Source: Lama guanicoe
Lineage: Eukaryota
Assembly: GCA_013239625.1 (NCBI GenBank)
Contig: MU056050.1
Coordinates: forward strand, 304,504-368,503
DNA: 64,000 nucleotides
Direction: 5' to 3'
Shown: positions 10,872 to 24,400 of the stretch, piece by piece
How the letters are laid out: the number at the start of each line of letters is the position of its first letter
How positions within the stretch are numbered: position 1 is the stretch's first letter
Notes under the pieces: generated by a model
What the model saw: the letters and a program-made list of their open reading frames with translations, nothing else
Databases searched by the model: none
What the model was told of the DNA's origin: nothing
Made by a program: the position numbers and the translations under genes

Positions 10872-13800
10872 AAAAACCCTACAATAAATACACAAAAACT
10901 AAAAAGAAATGAACATAAGCATACTACTAAAGAAAATCATCAAAGCACAAGGGAAGAAACAAAAAGAAAAAGAAATTAACAGAGAACTACAAAAATAACT
11001 GGAAAACAAGTGATAAACTGGAAATAAGTACGTATCTGTCAATAATTACTTTAAATGTCAATGGACAAAATGCTCCAATCAAAAGACATAGAGTAGCTGA
11101 TTGGATTAAAATAAAAAACAAAAAACAAGACACTTCAATATATTGCCCACAAAAGATTCACTTCAGGGCTAAGGAAACACAGAGACTGAAAATGAGAGGA
11201 TGGAAAAAGATATTTTATGCAAATGGAAATAAGAAATCAAGGGCAGCAATATTCATATCAGACAAAATAGACTTTACAATAAAGGCTATAATAAAAGACA
11301 AGGAATGGCATTATGTAATGATAAAAGGGGTCAATACAAGAAGAGGATATTACCGTCATTAACATATATGCACCCAATACAGGAGCACTTAAATATATAA
11401 AACAAATACTAAGAGACATAAAAGGAGAAATTCACAATAATACAATAATAGTAGGGGACTTTAACACCCCACTTACATCAATAGATAGATCATCCAGACA
11501 GAAATCAGTAAGGCAACAGTGGTCTTAAATGATACAATAGACCAGGTGGACTTAATAGATATCTACAAGACATTCCATCCATGAACAGCAGAATACACAT
11601 CCTTCTCAAGTGCACATATTCTCCAGGATAGATCACATGCTACGGCACAAAAACAAGTCTCAATAAATTCAAGAACAGAAATTATATCAAGCTTTTTTTT
11701 CTGACCATGACAGTATGAAACTAGAAATCAATATGGGAAGAAAAAAATGGGAAAAGCACAAACACATGGAGACTAAACAACATTCTACTAAAAATCCAAT
11801 GGATCAATGAAGAAACCAAAGAAGGAATCAGAAAATATCTTAAGCCAAATGAAAATGGAAACACAACATTCCAAAATCTATTGGATGCAGCAAAAGCAGT
11901 TCTAAGAGGGAAGTTTATAATGACATAGGCCTCCCTCAAGAAACTAGAAACATCTAAAATAAACAACCTAACCTACCACCTAAAAGAATGAGAAAAAGAA
12001 GAACAAAGCCCAAACTCAGCAGAAGGAAGGAAATAAAAAATCAGAGACGAAATAAATAAAATAGAGATAAAAAAAAGAGAAAAGATCAATGAAATCAGGA
12101 CCTGGTTTTTTGAAAAGAAGATAAACAAAATTGATAAACCTTTAGCCAAGTTCACCAAGAAGAAAAGAGAGAGAACCCAAATTAAAAAAAAGAAATGAAA
12201 GAGGAGAAATAATAATTGATACCACAGAGATACAAAGAAATCATAATAGTACAGTTATATGCCAACAAATTGGACAATCTAAAAGAAATGAACAAATTTC
12301 TAGAAACATACAACATGCCATGACTGAATCAAGAAGAAACAATTTGAACAGACTGATTACTATTAGTGAAACTGAACTTGTAGCAAAACTCCCAGCAAAC
12401 AAAAATCTAGGACCAGACAGCTTCACAGGGGAATTCTACCAAACATATAAAGAAGCACTAATACATATTCTTCTGAAACTATTCCAAATAATTGAAGAGG
12501 ACAGAACACTTCCAAATTCATTCCATGAGACCACCATCGCCCTGAGACCAAAACAAGACTAAGACTACAAAAAAAGTAAATTACAGGCCAATATCCTCAA
12601 GAAAGTATTAACAATCCAAACCAAGTCCAATACATTATGATCAAATGGTCACAAGTTGGATTTATTCTAGGGACACAAGGAAGGATCAACATTCACAAAT
12701 CAATCAATGTGATACACCATATTTAAAAAGGGAAGGATAAAAATCACATGATCATCTCAATAGACACAGAAAAAGCATTAGATAAAATTCAACATTCATT
12801 CATGTTAAAAACTCTCATCAAAGTAGGCATAGAGGGGACAAATTTTAACATAAAAAAGGCCCATTTATGACAAACTCACTGCTAACATCATACTCAGTGG
12901 TGACAGGCTTTAAATTTTCCTCTAAGTTCAGGAACAAGGCAAGGATGCCTACTCTTGCCACTTCTATTTAACATAGTATTGGAAGTCCTAACCACAGCAA
13001 TCAGAGAAGAAGAAATAAAAGGCATCCAAATTGGAAGGAAGAGATAAAAGTGTCACTATTTGCAGATGACATGATACTTTATACAGAAAACCCTAAAGTC
13101 TCTGCCAAAAAACTATTAGAACTAACAAATGAATTCAGTAAAGTTACAGGATACAAGGTTAATATACAGAAATCCGTTGTTTTTTAAACACTAATAATGA
13201 ACTACCAGAGAGAGAAAGCAAGAAAACAATCCCATTTAAAATAGCATCAAAAGAATAAAATACCTAGAAATAAACATAACCAATGAGGTGAAAGACCTAG
13301 ACTCTGAAAAGTATAAAACATTGATGAAGGAAATTGAAGGTGATACAAAGAAATGGAAAGATATGCCATGCTCTTGGATTGGAAGAATCAATATTGTTAA
13401 AATGACCATACTACCCAAAGCAATCTACAGATTTAATGCAATCCCTATCAAAATACTCATGACACAGAAGTAGAACAAATAATCCTAAAATTCATATGGA
13501 ACCACAAAAGACCCTGAATTGCCAAAGCAATCTTGATAAAAAGAACAAAGCTGGAGGTATCACCCTCCCAGACTTCAGCCTATACTACAAAGCTATAGTA
13601 ATCAAAACAGCATGCTGCTGGCACAAAAACAGACATATAGATCAATGGGACAGAATAGAGAGCCCAGAAATAAACCCACACACCTATGGTCAATTAATTG
13701 ACAACAAAGGAGGCAAGAACACACAATGGAGAAAAGATAGTCTCTTCAATAAGTGGTTCTGGGAAAATTAGACAGCTACATGTAAAACAATGAGATTAGA

Positions 13801-13988
13801 ACATTTCCTCATACTATACAATAAGTGACACAGAGAAAGACAAATACTGTATGATATCACTTATATGTGGAATCTAAAAAATAATACAAAGAATGTATAT
13901 AGAAAAAGAGAAATAGATATAGAGAACAAACTAGTGGTTACCAGTGGGGAGAGGGAAGGCAGGAGAGGCAAGCTAGGGCTATGGGATT

Positions 13989-14194
13989 TTTTTTAACATT
14001 TTTTATTGAGTTATAGTCATTTTACATTGTTGTGTCAAATTCCAGTGTAGAGCACAATTTTTCAGTTATACATGAACATACATATATTCATTGTCACATT
14101 TTTTTCTCTGTGAGCTACCATAAGACCTTGTGTATATTTCCCTGTGCTATACAGTATAATCTTGTTTATCTATTCTACAATTTTGAAATCCCAG
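13989..14194 (-). mobile_element. Young L1 3'-end fragment nested antisense in the L1 3'UTR
   Basis: 15-bp TSD tagggctatgggatt (13974-13988) / taggggtatgggatt (14195-14209). Confidence 0.9.
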
Positions 14195-14738
14195 TAGGGG
14201 TATGGGATTGAGATAAAAAACTACCATGTATAAAATAGATAAGCAACAAGGATATATTGTATAGTATAGGGAATTATGGCCATTATCTTATAATAATTTT
14301 AATGGAGTACAATCTGTAAAAATTCTGAAGTACTATGTTGTACACCTGAAACTAATATAATATTGTAAATCTACTCTATTTCAATAAAAAAAAATAAAGC
14401 TTCCAAGAAAAAAATATCCTTAAGATCTTGTGGAAGAAAAATATTTTTTAAAGAAGATATCAAGGAAAAGACTGATAAATTGGTCTAAAGTAAATTAAGA
14501 ACTTCTGTACACCAAAAGACCATTAAGAGTGTAAAAAGGCAAGCTACAGTGTATAATACAATTGTCACTAGTCATATGTAGTTATTGAGTATATGAAATG
14601 TGACTAATCCAAATTTAGATGGGCTGGAGGTGTAAAATACAGTCTGGGCTTTGAGGATTTCATATAAAATGTAAACTATCTCATTGATAATTTTATATTG
14701 ATTTCATGTTGAAATGAAAATATTTTGGCTACATTGGT

Positions 14739-15199
14739 TGTGATGATTAACTTCGTGTGTCAACTTGACTGGGCCATGGGGTGACCAGATATTTGGTCAA
14801 ACACTATTTCAGGTATGTCTGTGAGTGTGTTTTGGGATGAGAATAACATTTGAATTGGTAGACCGAGTAAAGACTGCCCTTCCTAATGTGGGTGGGCCTC
14901 ATCCAATCAGTTGAAGGCTTGAATAGAACAAAAAGGCTAACCCTTACATAAGTGAGTGAGAATTTTCCCCTGCCTGACTGCTAGGGTAGGACATCAGTCT
15001 TTTTCTGCCTTTGAACTCCAACTGAAACAGCTCTTCTTGAGTCTTGAGTCTGTTGGGTTTTTTTGACTGGAACTACACCATTGGCTCTACTGGGTCTCCC
15101 AGGTTGCTGACTGCACATCTTGGGACTTCTCAATTTTCATTACTGTGTGAGCCAGTTCTTTATAATAAACTTCTCTCTTTCTCTCTCTCTCTCTCTACA

Positions 15200-15234
<35 letters not shown>

Positions 15235-15267
15235 TCTTGTTCTATTTCTCTGGAGAACCCTAATAGA
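14739..15267 (+). mobile_element. MLT2-type (ERVL) solo LTR inserted into a MER3/MER33-like element (~14545-15390)
   Basis: Starts tgtgatgattaacttcgtgtgtcaacttgactgggcca, ends ggagaaccctaataga; 5-bp TSD ttggt/ttggg; internal (TC)n(CA)n at ~15172-15232. Confidence 0.88.
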
Positions 15268-15389
15268 TTGGGTTAAATAAAACATGTTAAAATTAACTTC
15301 ACCTCTCTGTTTTTGGCTTTTTAAAAATGGCTACTAGAAAATTTTAAATTACACATGTGGCTCACATATTTCTATTGGGAAATGGTGAT

Positions 15390-16570
15390 CTAAAATATAT
15401 AAAGAACTTCTGTAAAAAAAATAAGAAAAAGACAGACTACCCATAAGAAAAAATGATAAAATATTTGAACAGGAACACCGCAAAAGAGGAAATCCAAATG
15501 TCTAAATTAACATATGAAAAAGATGCTTAACCTTATTAGTAATCAAGAAAATGCAAATTAAAATCACAATAGGGATGACAAAAGTTAACAAATATACAAG
15601 GAAACAAACCACCGTGAATGAGTCAACAGAAATAATAAACAACAAACTTATATTCCCCAAGCCCTTAAGATATTATAATTAACTGATACAGGATGTAAAG
15701 TTACTAATGTAAGAAAAATACTTAATTAAAAGAAAGAACCACAAAAATGAGCAAGCAACATCAGACTATCAAAATGGCCAGCTAGATTTATATAAGAAGC
15801 AAATAGGACTTTTAAAAATAAAAAAATATTAATTATTGATGTTAAAAGTTCAGGAGATGAATTAAAAAGATTGGGCACTGAAGACAGAATTAGTTTACTG
15901 GATAACGGTTCTAAAGAAATTACCAAGAATGCAACCTTAGAGATGGAGAATATGAGAGAGTGAGACATAGAGGATACAATGAGAATCTCTACATGTCTGA
16001 TTTAGTTCCAGGGGGAGAAAAGAGAAAGAATGGAGAGGCAATATTTGAAAAACAAAATAATAGTTGAGAATTTTCCAGAACTAATGAAACACATGAATTC
16101 ACATGCAAATGAAGCACTATTATATACCAAGAAGGGAAAATAAAAACAATTTCGCATTTCTCCATACTGAAACTGCAGAACACCTGCTCTAAAGAGGCAG
16201 TCTTGAATGTAATCAGGCTGATAAGTCATTCTCATCTGTAAAGAACAAAAATGAGGCTAACAGCAGATACTTTGGTGCAATACTGGAAGCTGGAAGACAG
16301 TATGATGATATCTTCCAAGTGCTGGGAAAATATAACAGGCAACTAAGAATTGTGTGGCTAGAAGAATATTTCAAGACAGAGTTGAAACCAAGACATTCTT
16401 TGTTAAGGAAAAACAAATATCCACCAATAGACCTACACCCAATACATTTTGAAAAGATGTACTTCAAGAAAGAAAAAAAATTAACTGAGAAACAAGTTCC
16501 GAGATGTCAGAAGGAATGGTGAAAAAAAAAACTGGCAAATATGCAAATTAATGTATACTTGGTATAAAAT
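15390..16570 (+). mobile_element. Old L1M fragments (ORF2 3' part, then ORF1-like)
   Basis: A-rich, with degenerate L1 motifs (aagaaaatgcaaattaaaatcacaat; gagaattttccagaactaatgaaac). Confidence 0.7.
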
Positions 16571-16607
16571 AAATTATTCATTTATTCAGCATATATTTAT
16601 CACCTAC

Positions 16608-17056
16608 TATAGTAGGCTGAATAATGTTCACCCAAAGATACCAGGTCTTAATCTCCAGAACCTGTAAAATGTCACCTTATTTGTAAAAGGAGTTTTTGCA
16701 TGTGTGATTAAGGATTTTGAGATTTGGTTATTTGGGGATTATCTGGGTGGTCCCAGAATGCCATAACAAGTGTCCTTATAGGAGAGGGTCAAAGGGAGAT
16801 AGACAGAAGAAAGCCATGTGATAGAAACAGAGTCAGAGAAGAAAAGTGTTATTATACTGGCTTTTAAAATGGAGGAAGGGGACATGAGCCAAGGAATGCA
16901 GCTCTAGAGGGAATATGGCACCCAACACCTTGATTTCAGCCCAGTGAAGCTGATTTCCTACTTCTGGCCTCTGGAACTGTGAGAGAATTAATTTCTGCTG
17001 TTTTAAGCTGCTACATTTGTGGTAATTTGTTACAACAGCTACAAGAAACTAATGCA
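16608..17056 (+). mobile_element. MLT1-type (MaLR) solo LTR inserted in an L2 (~16575-17350, minus)
   Basis: tatagtaggctgaataatg... to ...aagaaactaatgca; 5-bp TSD cctac/cttac. Confidence 0.88.
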
Positions 17057-17360
17057 CTTACTATGGCTAGAAACTTATGAAAGGTTTGAGATACATCAAT
17101 GAACAAAAGAAAGGTCTCTGCCATAATCGAGCTTAAATTCTACTCTAGTGGAGTAAACAGACAATATGCCATAAGTATAGCTAACAAGTAAATTTCATAG
17201 TATGTAAAAGGTAACAAATGATACATTAAAAAGGAAAAAGCAGGGTGAGTGTGGAATCGATAATGTGTGTGGTGGGGTTGGTGGGCAAGTTGAATTTTAA
17301 ATAGAATGGCTATGGTAAGCTTCATTGAGAAGGTGGTGTTTGAGCAAAGACTAACGTTTT

Positions 17361-17467
17361 GTTTTTTTTTCAAAGTAAGTTTGTTTGTTTATGGAGGCAC
17401 TGGGGATTGAACCTAGGGACTTGTGCATGCTAATCATAGGCTCTACCACTGAGCTACACCCTCTACC
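17361..17467 (-). mobile_element. tRNA-Ala-derived SINE (camelid vic-type)
   Basis: ggaggcactggggattgaacc...ctctaccactgagctacacc; TSD ctaacgtttt / ctaatgtttt. Confidence 0.88.
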
Positions 17468-17562
17468 CTAATGTTTTAATTTGTGGTGTTCATTTTAAAA
17501 AAGAAGACAAAACTAAAACACTGGACAATACTGTGTAAGTTGGGAGAGAGGTGATCAGCATT

Positions 17563-17607
17563 TAACTTTTTTTATTGAGTTATAGTCATTTTACAATGTT
17601 GGGTCAA
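17563..17607 (-). mobile_element. 45-bp L1 extreme 3' end
   Basis: 16-bp TSD agaggtgatcag(c/t)att at 17547-17562 and 17608-17623. Confidence 0.85.
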
Positions 17608-17948
17608 AGAGGTGATCAGTATTAAAGTACTATAACGTTTTTATATTAATTGGGAGGAGAATTTAGATATTATTTTTAGACTTTGTTAAGCATATATGGT
17701 AACATATCAAGGGTAATCAGTAAAAGAATAGAAATAGAATATATAATTTCCAAATAAGTAGTGAAGAAAATGGAATAAAAAGCAAAATAAAACTCAATAT
17801 ATATTTTTAAAGTTGAGAAAGGAGAAAAGGCAAACAAAATTAGAAGAGATAGAGAGCAACCAGTAAGATGTTAGAAACAAATACCAATAAATGTGACCAT
17901 AGTACATGCAAATGGATATAATCTTACAGTTAAAAGACAGAACTTGTC

Positions 17949-17991
17949 TTCAACTATACCTCAATAAAAAAGTATATTGTGGAAAAAAATG
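17949..17991 (+). mobile_element. 43-bp L1 extreme 3' end
   Basis: caactatacctcaataaaaaa; TSD gacagaa(c/a)ttgtc at 17936-17948 and 17992-18004. Confidence 0.7.
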
Positions 17992-18329
17992 GACAGAAAT
18001 TGTCAGATTCGGGGGGGGAGGGAAAATCCACCTAATATGGAAGAGACACACTTAAAATATAAAAATATAAGAAAAGGCTGACAGTTAAGCAAGGAAGAGA
18101 TATACCAAGCAAATACTAGACAAAACACAAAAACATATACTAATTACATTAATGTAAGACAAAATAGAATTTAAAATATATTTTTAGGGATTTAGAGGGT
18201 CACTATATAATGATAAAAGATGGGAGATTGTAATGCACCATCCTTGGTTATTGATAGGTTAAAATTAAACAGACAAAACATTAATAACAACATAGAACAT
18301 TCAAAGAACCTAGTTAACAAACTTGGTTG

Positions 18330-20340
18330 AAAACTGCTGCTATGAATATCCATGTACAAGTCTTCTAGTGCACAGGGAATGAGTTTCTCCACTGTGGGGG
18401 TGTAACTGTTTGAGCATAGGGTTTGCACGTTTTCATAAAATACTACAGATAGAGTTCAAGTTCCCCGTACCCCTCCCTTGACCTTATTCTCTTCCCTCCT
18501 CCCTGAGAGAGCATCACTATCCTGGTGTAGTGTTTATGATTTTAAGACAATTTTAAAATTTTACTACTTCAAGTGTGTATGTGTATATATGTGCCATTAA
18601 ACATTACAAAGCATTGTTTATATTTTAAAATTTTAAATAAGAAATTTTAAGTATTTACTTTTAATTGTAAAAATTGTATATAAATTGTATCATACTGGAT
18701 GTGTATCCTCTTGCACCTTGAATTTTTTGCCATTTAGAGATCTGTGTTGATATAGTATTAATTCATTTTTAACTGTTATACAACATATTTATAAATATAA
18801 CTTATAAATTTATTGTATACATTTGTTATAATGTTTAAATATAAACTTTTATATATTTTTTAATGTATCACCCATTGTGCTGTCAAACACAGTCTGTTCA
18901 ATTTTTTTTCCAATTACAGATGATATAGAAATAAACAGTCTTGTAAATTTCTTTGTATATGGTGTGAGAATTTCTCTAGGATATATATGTAAGATTAGAA
19001 TTTCTCAGTCATCAGATGTGGGCACCTTTGACTTTATAAAATGTCACCATATAACATTTCAAAGTAGTTGTATCCCTACCATAGGTTAGTTTACATTGCT
19101 CCACGATACCACCGGGATCTAGTGCTGAGACTTTTCCATTTTTGTCAATCTGATGTGAAATAATACTTTACTTTTTATTTTGCATTCCCCTGATTATACA
19201 GACTGATCTAAATTTGTTGGCCATTTGTGTCTCCTGTTGTGTGAAATGCCTATTCATGTTCTTTGCTTATTTTTGAATTGTCTGTTTTTGACTTAGAAAA
19301 CATGTTCTGAATGCTGATCTTGTGGGGGTTAAATGCACTGTATCTTCTCTCACTCTCGTTTGTCTTTCTGATTTTTTTATGGGGACTTTTGGTTATATTG
19401 GAACTATCTCTACCATATTATTCTGGGCTTTGCATTAACTGCTTTTTCTAAACTTTCCCCAACCCCCATTTCCCTACTTGATTGATTACATTTCTCCCTT
19501 CTACTGATTTGGCTGTTATATATTCTATTTCTACTCCTTAAGGGTCACCCTTACAATATTTTCTAAAATTTTAATTTACATGAAGTTCATATTTTGGTTT
19601 TGACAATGCATAGTGTAACTACAATTAAGATAGAGTAGTTTCATCATCCCCCAAAGTTCTCTCTTATTATCCCTTTGTAGACAGACCCTCCCCCTACATC
19701 AACCCGAATTCATCATTAATGTTTTCCATTCCTAGTTTTGCCTTTTGCATAATGTGAATGGAATTATACTGTATTTAGCCTTTTGATTGTGGCTTCTTTT
19801 ACTTAGCATGATGCATTGGAGATTTATTCATGTTGTTAAAAGTTGTAAGTTCATTCCTTTATATTGCTGAGTAGTAGTATTCCACTGCATAAACGTACCA
19901 ATCATCGGTTATCCACTCACCAGTTGAAGAACATTTTGGTTCCTTCAAGTTTTCAAGTTGTTTCAAGCAACTATAAATAAACTACAAATATTTACAGATA
20001 GGCTTTTCTGTGAACATAGTTTTCATTCCTCTTGGGTAAATTAGAAGTAGGATTTCTAAGGTATTCTTAAATTTTAATATTGCATACTTAAGAGTCCAAA
20101 GTTACTACCTTCAACCTTCTGAAAAAAACCAAAGACCTTAATATTTTTTTAAATTGCAAACTCTTTCCATCTTCCATGTTAGCTTATTTAGTATTTTAGT
20201 GCCAATCATATTTATACTTCCTCCAACAAAATTAGCCATTTTAAACTTTTAGTCAATGCTAATTTAGAGCTATTAATGTTGCAACAAATTTTTGGTCACC
20301 ATTGCTTCTTGCATCCCATTCCTTTCTTCTAGAAAGCATT
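18330..20340 (-). mobile_element. Mosaic of old antisense L1 (L1MC/ME-like) fragments
   Basis: T-rich L1 reverse motifs (ggcttcttttacttagcatgatg; ttttgcattcccctgatt; ttcattcctttatattgctgagtagtagtattcc). Confidence 0.7.
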
Positions 20341-20369
20341 TTAATAACGGTCTGCTTTGGAATGATAAA

Positions 20370-20435
20370 TTAGAATTTGACACAACGTTGTAAAATGATT
20401 ATAAATCAATAAAAAAAAGTTTAAAAAAAGAAAGA
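20370..20435 (+). mobile_element. Short young L1 3' end
   Basis: gaatttgacacaacgttgtaaaatgattataaatcaataaaaaaaagtttaaaaaaa, same family as 13989, 17563 and 38750. Confidence 0.8.
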
Positions 20436-21424
20436 AATTAAATGAATAGAATATCCTAGTATTATAATAGAATCTGGTATCTCCAAAATACACATTCTTG
20501 GATGATGAACCTAATGATTTGTTGTATGCAGGAATTATTCATACTAGTCTGGAACAATCACCTTTTCTAGTTCACTTCAATTGTGAAGAAGGTGACCCTC
20601 TGGTTATTACTGCCTACATAAGAGTAGGATGAGAAAGCTAAAATAGGCACCATGCACTTAAAGAGCCCTGAGGGTCTTATGCTACTGTCTTTGGTTAAAA
20701 CATCTGACTTTACTTATATCTAATTTCCTCTTAATTAAATGCAAAAAAGAACATGTTAAGCAGGACACTTGATATTCCTAAATATTTTACAAATCATAAA
20801 GCACCTTAAGAATTTAATATTTTTGAAAATCTGATCAAAGAGGAAAATGTGCAGTACCTTTCTGCCTCAAAATCAGAGCTCCTTAACTCAGAGTAATTGG
20901 AAACAAATCTCTGAAGGATGCCAACTCCACAGCTTGTATTGCAACTAGCATTTTAAGACAGAAGCCTCATTCATCAAGTAGGTCTAAGATAACTTCCTTT
21001 TGCTTTTTTTTTTTTTTGGTGTGTGTACCTGTCTTTAAAAAATCTAGCAAATTCAATACTGCCTTTTTAGATATGTTAATCATTGTGAAGAATTTTCAGA
21101 CAACTAATTATCTTTTTAAATGTTTTCACAAGATTAGCACACCAATGATTTAAGTAAATCTGCAATAGAATAGCTGTCTTTGTACTTAATATGAACTTTC
21201 TTACTGCCTGCAAAATGTTTTCAAAAGTAACTTCTGATTACCCCCTCCCCACCAAAAATAACTTGATATACAGTAATGAACAAGAAAATACTTTCATGCA
21301 TAGCAGGGACTTATAATCAACACAAAACAGCTGAATACCTAAAAACAACTCACTCTTTGATAATTACTTTCAACTTAATGCCTCACTGGCTATTTTAAGA
21401 TTGATTAAAAAACAGGAAAGATTT

Positions 21425-24400
21425 TAGCTCTGTGTTAATGAGCACACAACGTATAAACATGTAATTTGTGGCAAAAACTACATAAAGGAGTGGCAGAGGT
21501 ATATAGGAGCAGTTTTTGTATACTACTGAAGCTAAATTGATATTAATTTATACTAGTTTGTTGTAAATTTAAGATGTCAATTGCAATCCTCAGGGTAATC
21601 ACTAAGAAAATAACTAAATGATATACAGAAAAAAAGAATGAGAAGGGAATCAAAATGGTATACTACAAAAACAAACAGAAAAAGCAGCAGTAATAAAGGT
21701 GCTGAGAATCAAAAAAGATATATAGCAAAACAAATAGCAAAATGGAAAGTTCTTCCTTATCAGTAATTAATTTAAATGTAAATGGATTACACTGCCCAAT
21801 TTAAAAAGGCAGAGATTGGAAGCATGGGTTAAAAAAAACCCTTTATCTACTATAGGTTGTCTACAAGAGACTAACTTTAGAGCCCAAGACACAAATAGGT
21901 TGAGAGAGAAAGAACAGACAAAGATATTGCATGCAAATAGTAACCAAGAGAGAGCTGGGATGGCTCTACTACTATCAAAATAGAATTTTAAGTAGAAAAC
22001 TATTATTATAATGAGACAAAGAACAAGGATATGTATTAAGGGCCAACCCACCAAGAAGATACAATAATCACATATTTATACACACTTAACAAGAGTCCCA
22101 AAATATATGAAGCAAAAATTGACAGAAGTGAAGAAATAGTTACACAATAACAGTCTGGGACTTCAATACCCCCACTTTCAATAATGGATAGAACAAGACA
22201 AAAGATCAATAAGGAAACATGAGATCTTAACACTATAAGCCTACTTGTCTTAGTAAACTATATTATATAGAGATAACAGTCTACTCAACCAACAGAATAC
22301 ACATTCTTCAAGTCTACCTGGAACAGTCTCCAGGATAAATCATATGTAACACCACAAGTCTCAACAAATTAAAGAGACTAAAATCATATACAGTATCTTT
22401 GACCATAATGAGATGAAATTAGAAACAAGTAACAGAAGAAAATTGAAAATTTCACAATATGTGGAAATTAAACACTCTTGACCAACGGGTCAAAGAAGTC
22501 ACAGTGGAAACTAGAAAATACTTTGAGATGAATGAAAACAAAAACATACCAAAACCTATGGGATGTGGTGAAAGCAGTGCCCAGAGGGAAATTTATAGCT
22601 GTAAATGCTTATACTAAAGAAAGATTTCAAATCAATAAGCTAACTTTACACCTTAAGGAACCAGAAAAAGAACTAAACCCAGAGCCAGCAGAGGGGAGTA
22701 AAGATTAGAGCATAAATAAATGAAATAAGAGAACAGAAAAACAAAAGAGAAAAGCAACAAATTCAAAAGTTGGTTCTTTGAAAAGATCAACAAGATTGAC
22801 AAGCATTTAGCTAAAGAGCAGACTCAAGTTACTAAAATGAAAAATGAAAGTAGGACATTACTACCAACAATACAGAAATAAAAGGGATAAGAGAACATTA
22901 TAAGCATATTGTACACCAACAAATTAGATAACCAAGATGAAAATGACAAATCCCTAGAAACAAACAAAATACTAAAATTGACTCAACAAGAAATAGAAAA
23001 TCTGAAAAAAACTGGAAGAGATTGAATCAATAATCAAAAACATCCCCATAGATAAACAAGTTTCTTCTGTATAGCACAGGGAACTATATTCAGTATCTTG
23101 TAGTAATCTATAATGAAAAAGAACATGAAAACAAATACATGTATGATTGAACTATTACGCTGTACACCAGAAACTGACACAACACTGTAATGTAAACTGA
23201 CTATACTTCAACAAAACAAAACAAAACATCCCCATAAAAGAAAGCCCAGGACCAAATAGCTTCCTTCGTGAATTCTATTAAATATTTAAATTAGAATTAA
23301 AACCAATCCTTCTCAAAGTCTTCCAAAAAACAGAACATAAAGAAACACTTTATAATTCATTCTATGTGGCCAACATTACCCTGATACCAAAAGCCAAAAA
23401 AAGATACAAGAATACTACAGCTCAATATTCCTTATGAATATAGATGCAAAATCCTCCATAAAATACTAGCTAGCCAAATCCAACAGCATGTGAAAAGATT
23501 ATACACCATGACCAAGTGAGATTTATGACAGGAATGCAAGGGTAGTTCAACATATGAAAACCAATCAATGTAATACACCAATTTATGAAGGAAAAAACCT
23601 GTATGGTTATCTCAATTGATGCAGAAAAAGCATTTGATAAAGTGCAACATTCTTTAATGATAGAAACACTTATAAAACTACGCATAGAAGGAAACTACCT
23701 CAACATGATAAAAAGCATTTATTAAACACCCACAGCTAACACACTTCATGGTGAAAGACTGAAAACTCTCCTCCTAAGATGAGAAAACAAAACAAGGATG
23801 CCTGCTTTAGTCCCTTATATTTAACACTGTACTGGAAGCTTCAGTCAGAAAAATTAGGCTAGAAAAAGGAATAAAAACACACCCAAACTGGAAAGGAAGA
23901 AGTGAAACTATCTCTGTTTGTAGACAACAAAGATGCTACATGTAGAAAATCCTTAAAATTCATAAAAATATATTAGAGCTAACAAATTCAGCAAAGTTGC
24001 GAGGTACAAGATGAACATGCAAAAACTGTATATACTAGCAATGAACAATATGAAAAGTAAATTAAGAAAACTGAAAATAGCATCAAAAAGAACAAAATAC
24101 ATAAGAATATATTTAACCAGGGAGATTCAAGACTTGCACAGTAAAAAGTACAAAATATTACTGAAATAACATTTTTAAAGACCTAAAACAAACAGTTTTT
24201 AAAAAGAGGAGATACCTTGTATTCATGACTAGAGAATAATATTTTAAGATGGTAATAATACTCCTAAATAGATCTGTATATTCAATGCAATCCCTATCAA
24301 AATCCCAATGGCCCTTTTTGCAGAAATAGAAAAGCTGACCCTAAAATTTATACGGTACAGCAAAGGATCTGAATAGCTAAAACAGTCTTGAAAAGGAAGT

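Larger units (their letters stand above)
10010..14397 (+). mobile_element. Long degenerate L1 (inter-ORF region, ORF2 ~11017-13820, internal deletion, 3'UTR, polyA) with two nested L1 fragments
   Basis: Endonuclease start YLSIITLNVNG, RT motif LFADDM (tttgcagatgacatg ~13060), [19 protein letters not shown]; many frameshifts and stops. Confidence 0.95.

Noticed and set aside
11017..13820. L1 ORF2 as an active reverse transcriptase (also 21742-25600)
   Set aside because: Numerous frameshifts, stops, deletions and nested insertions.
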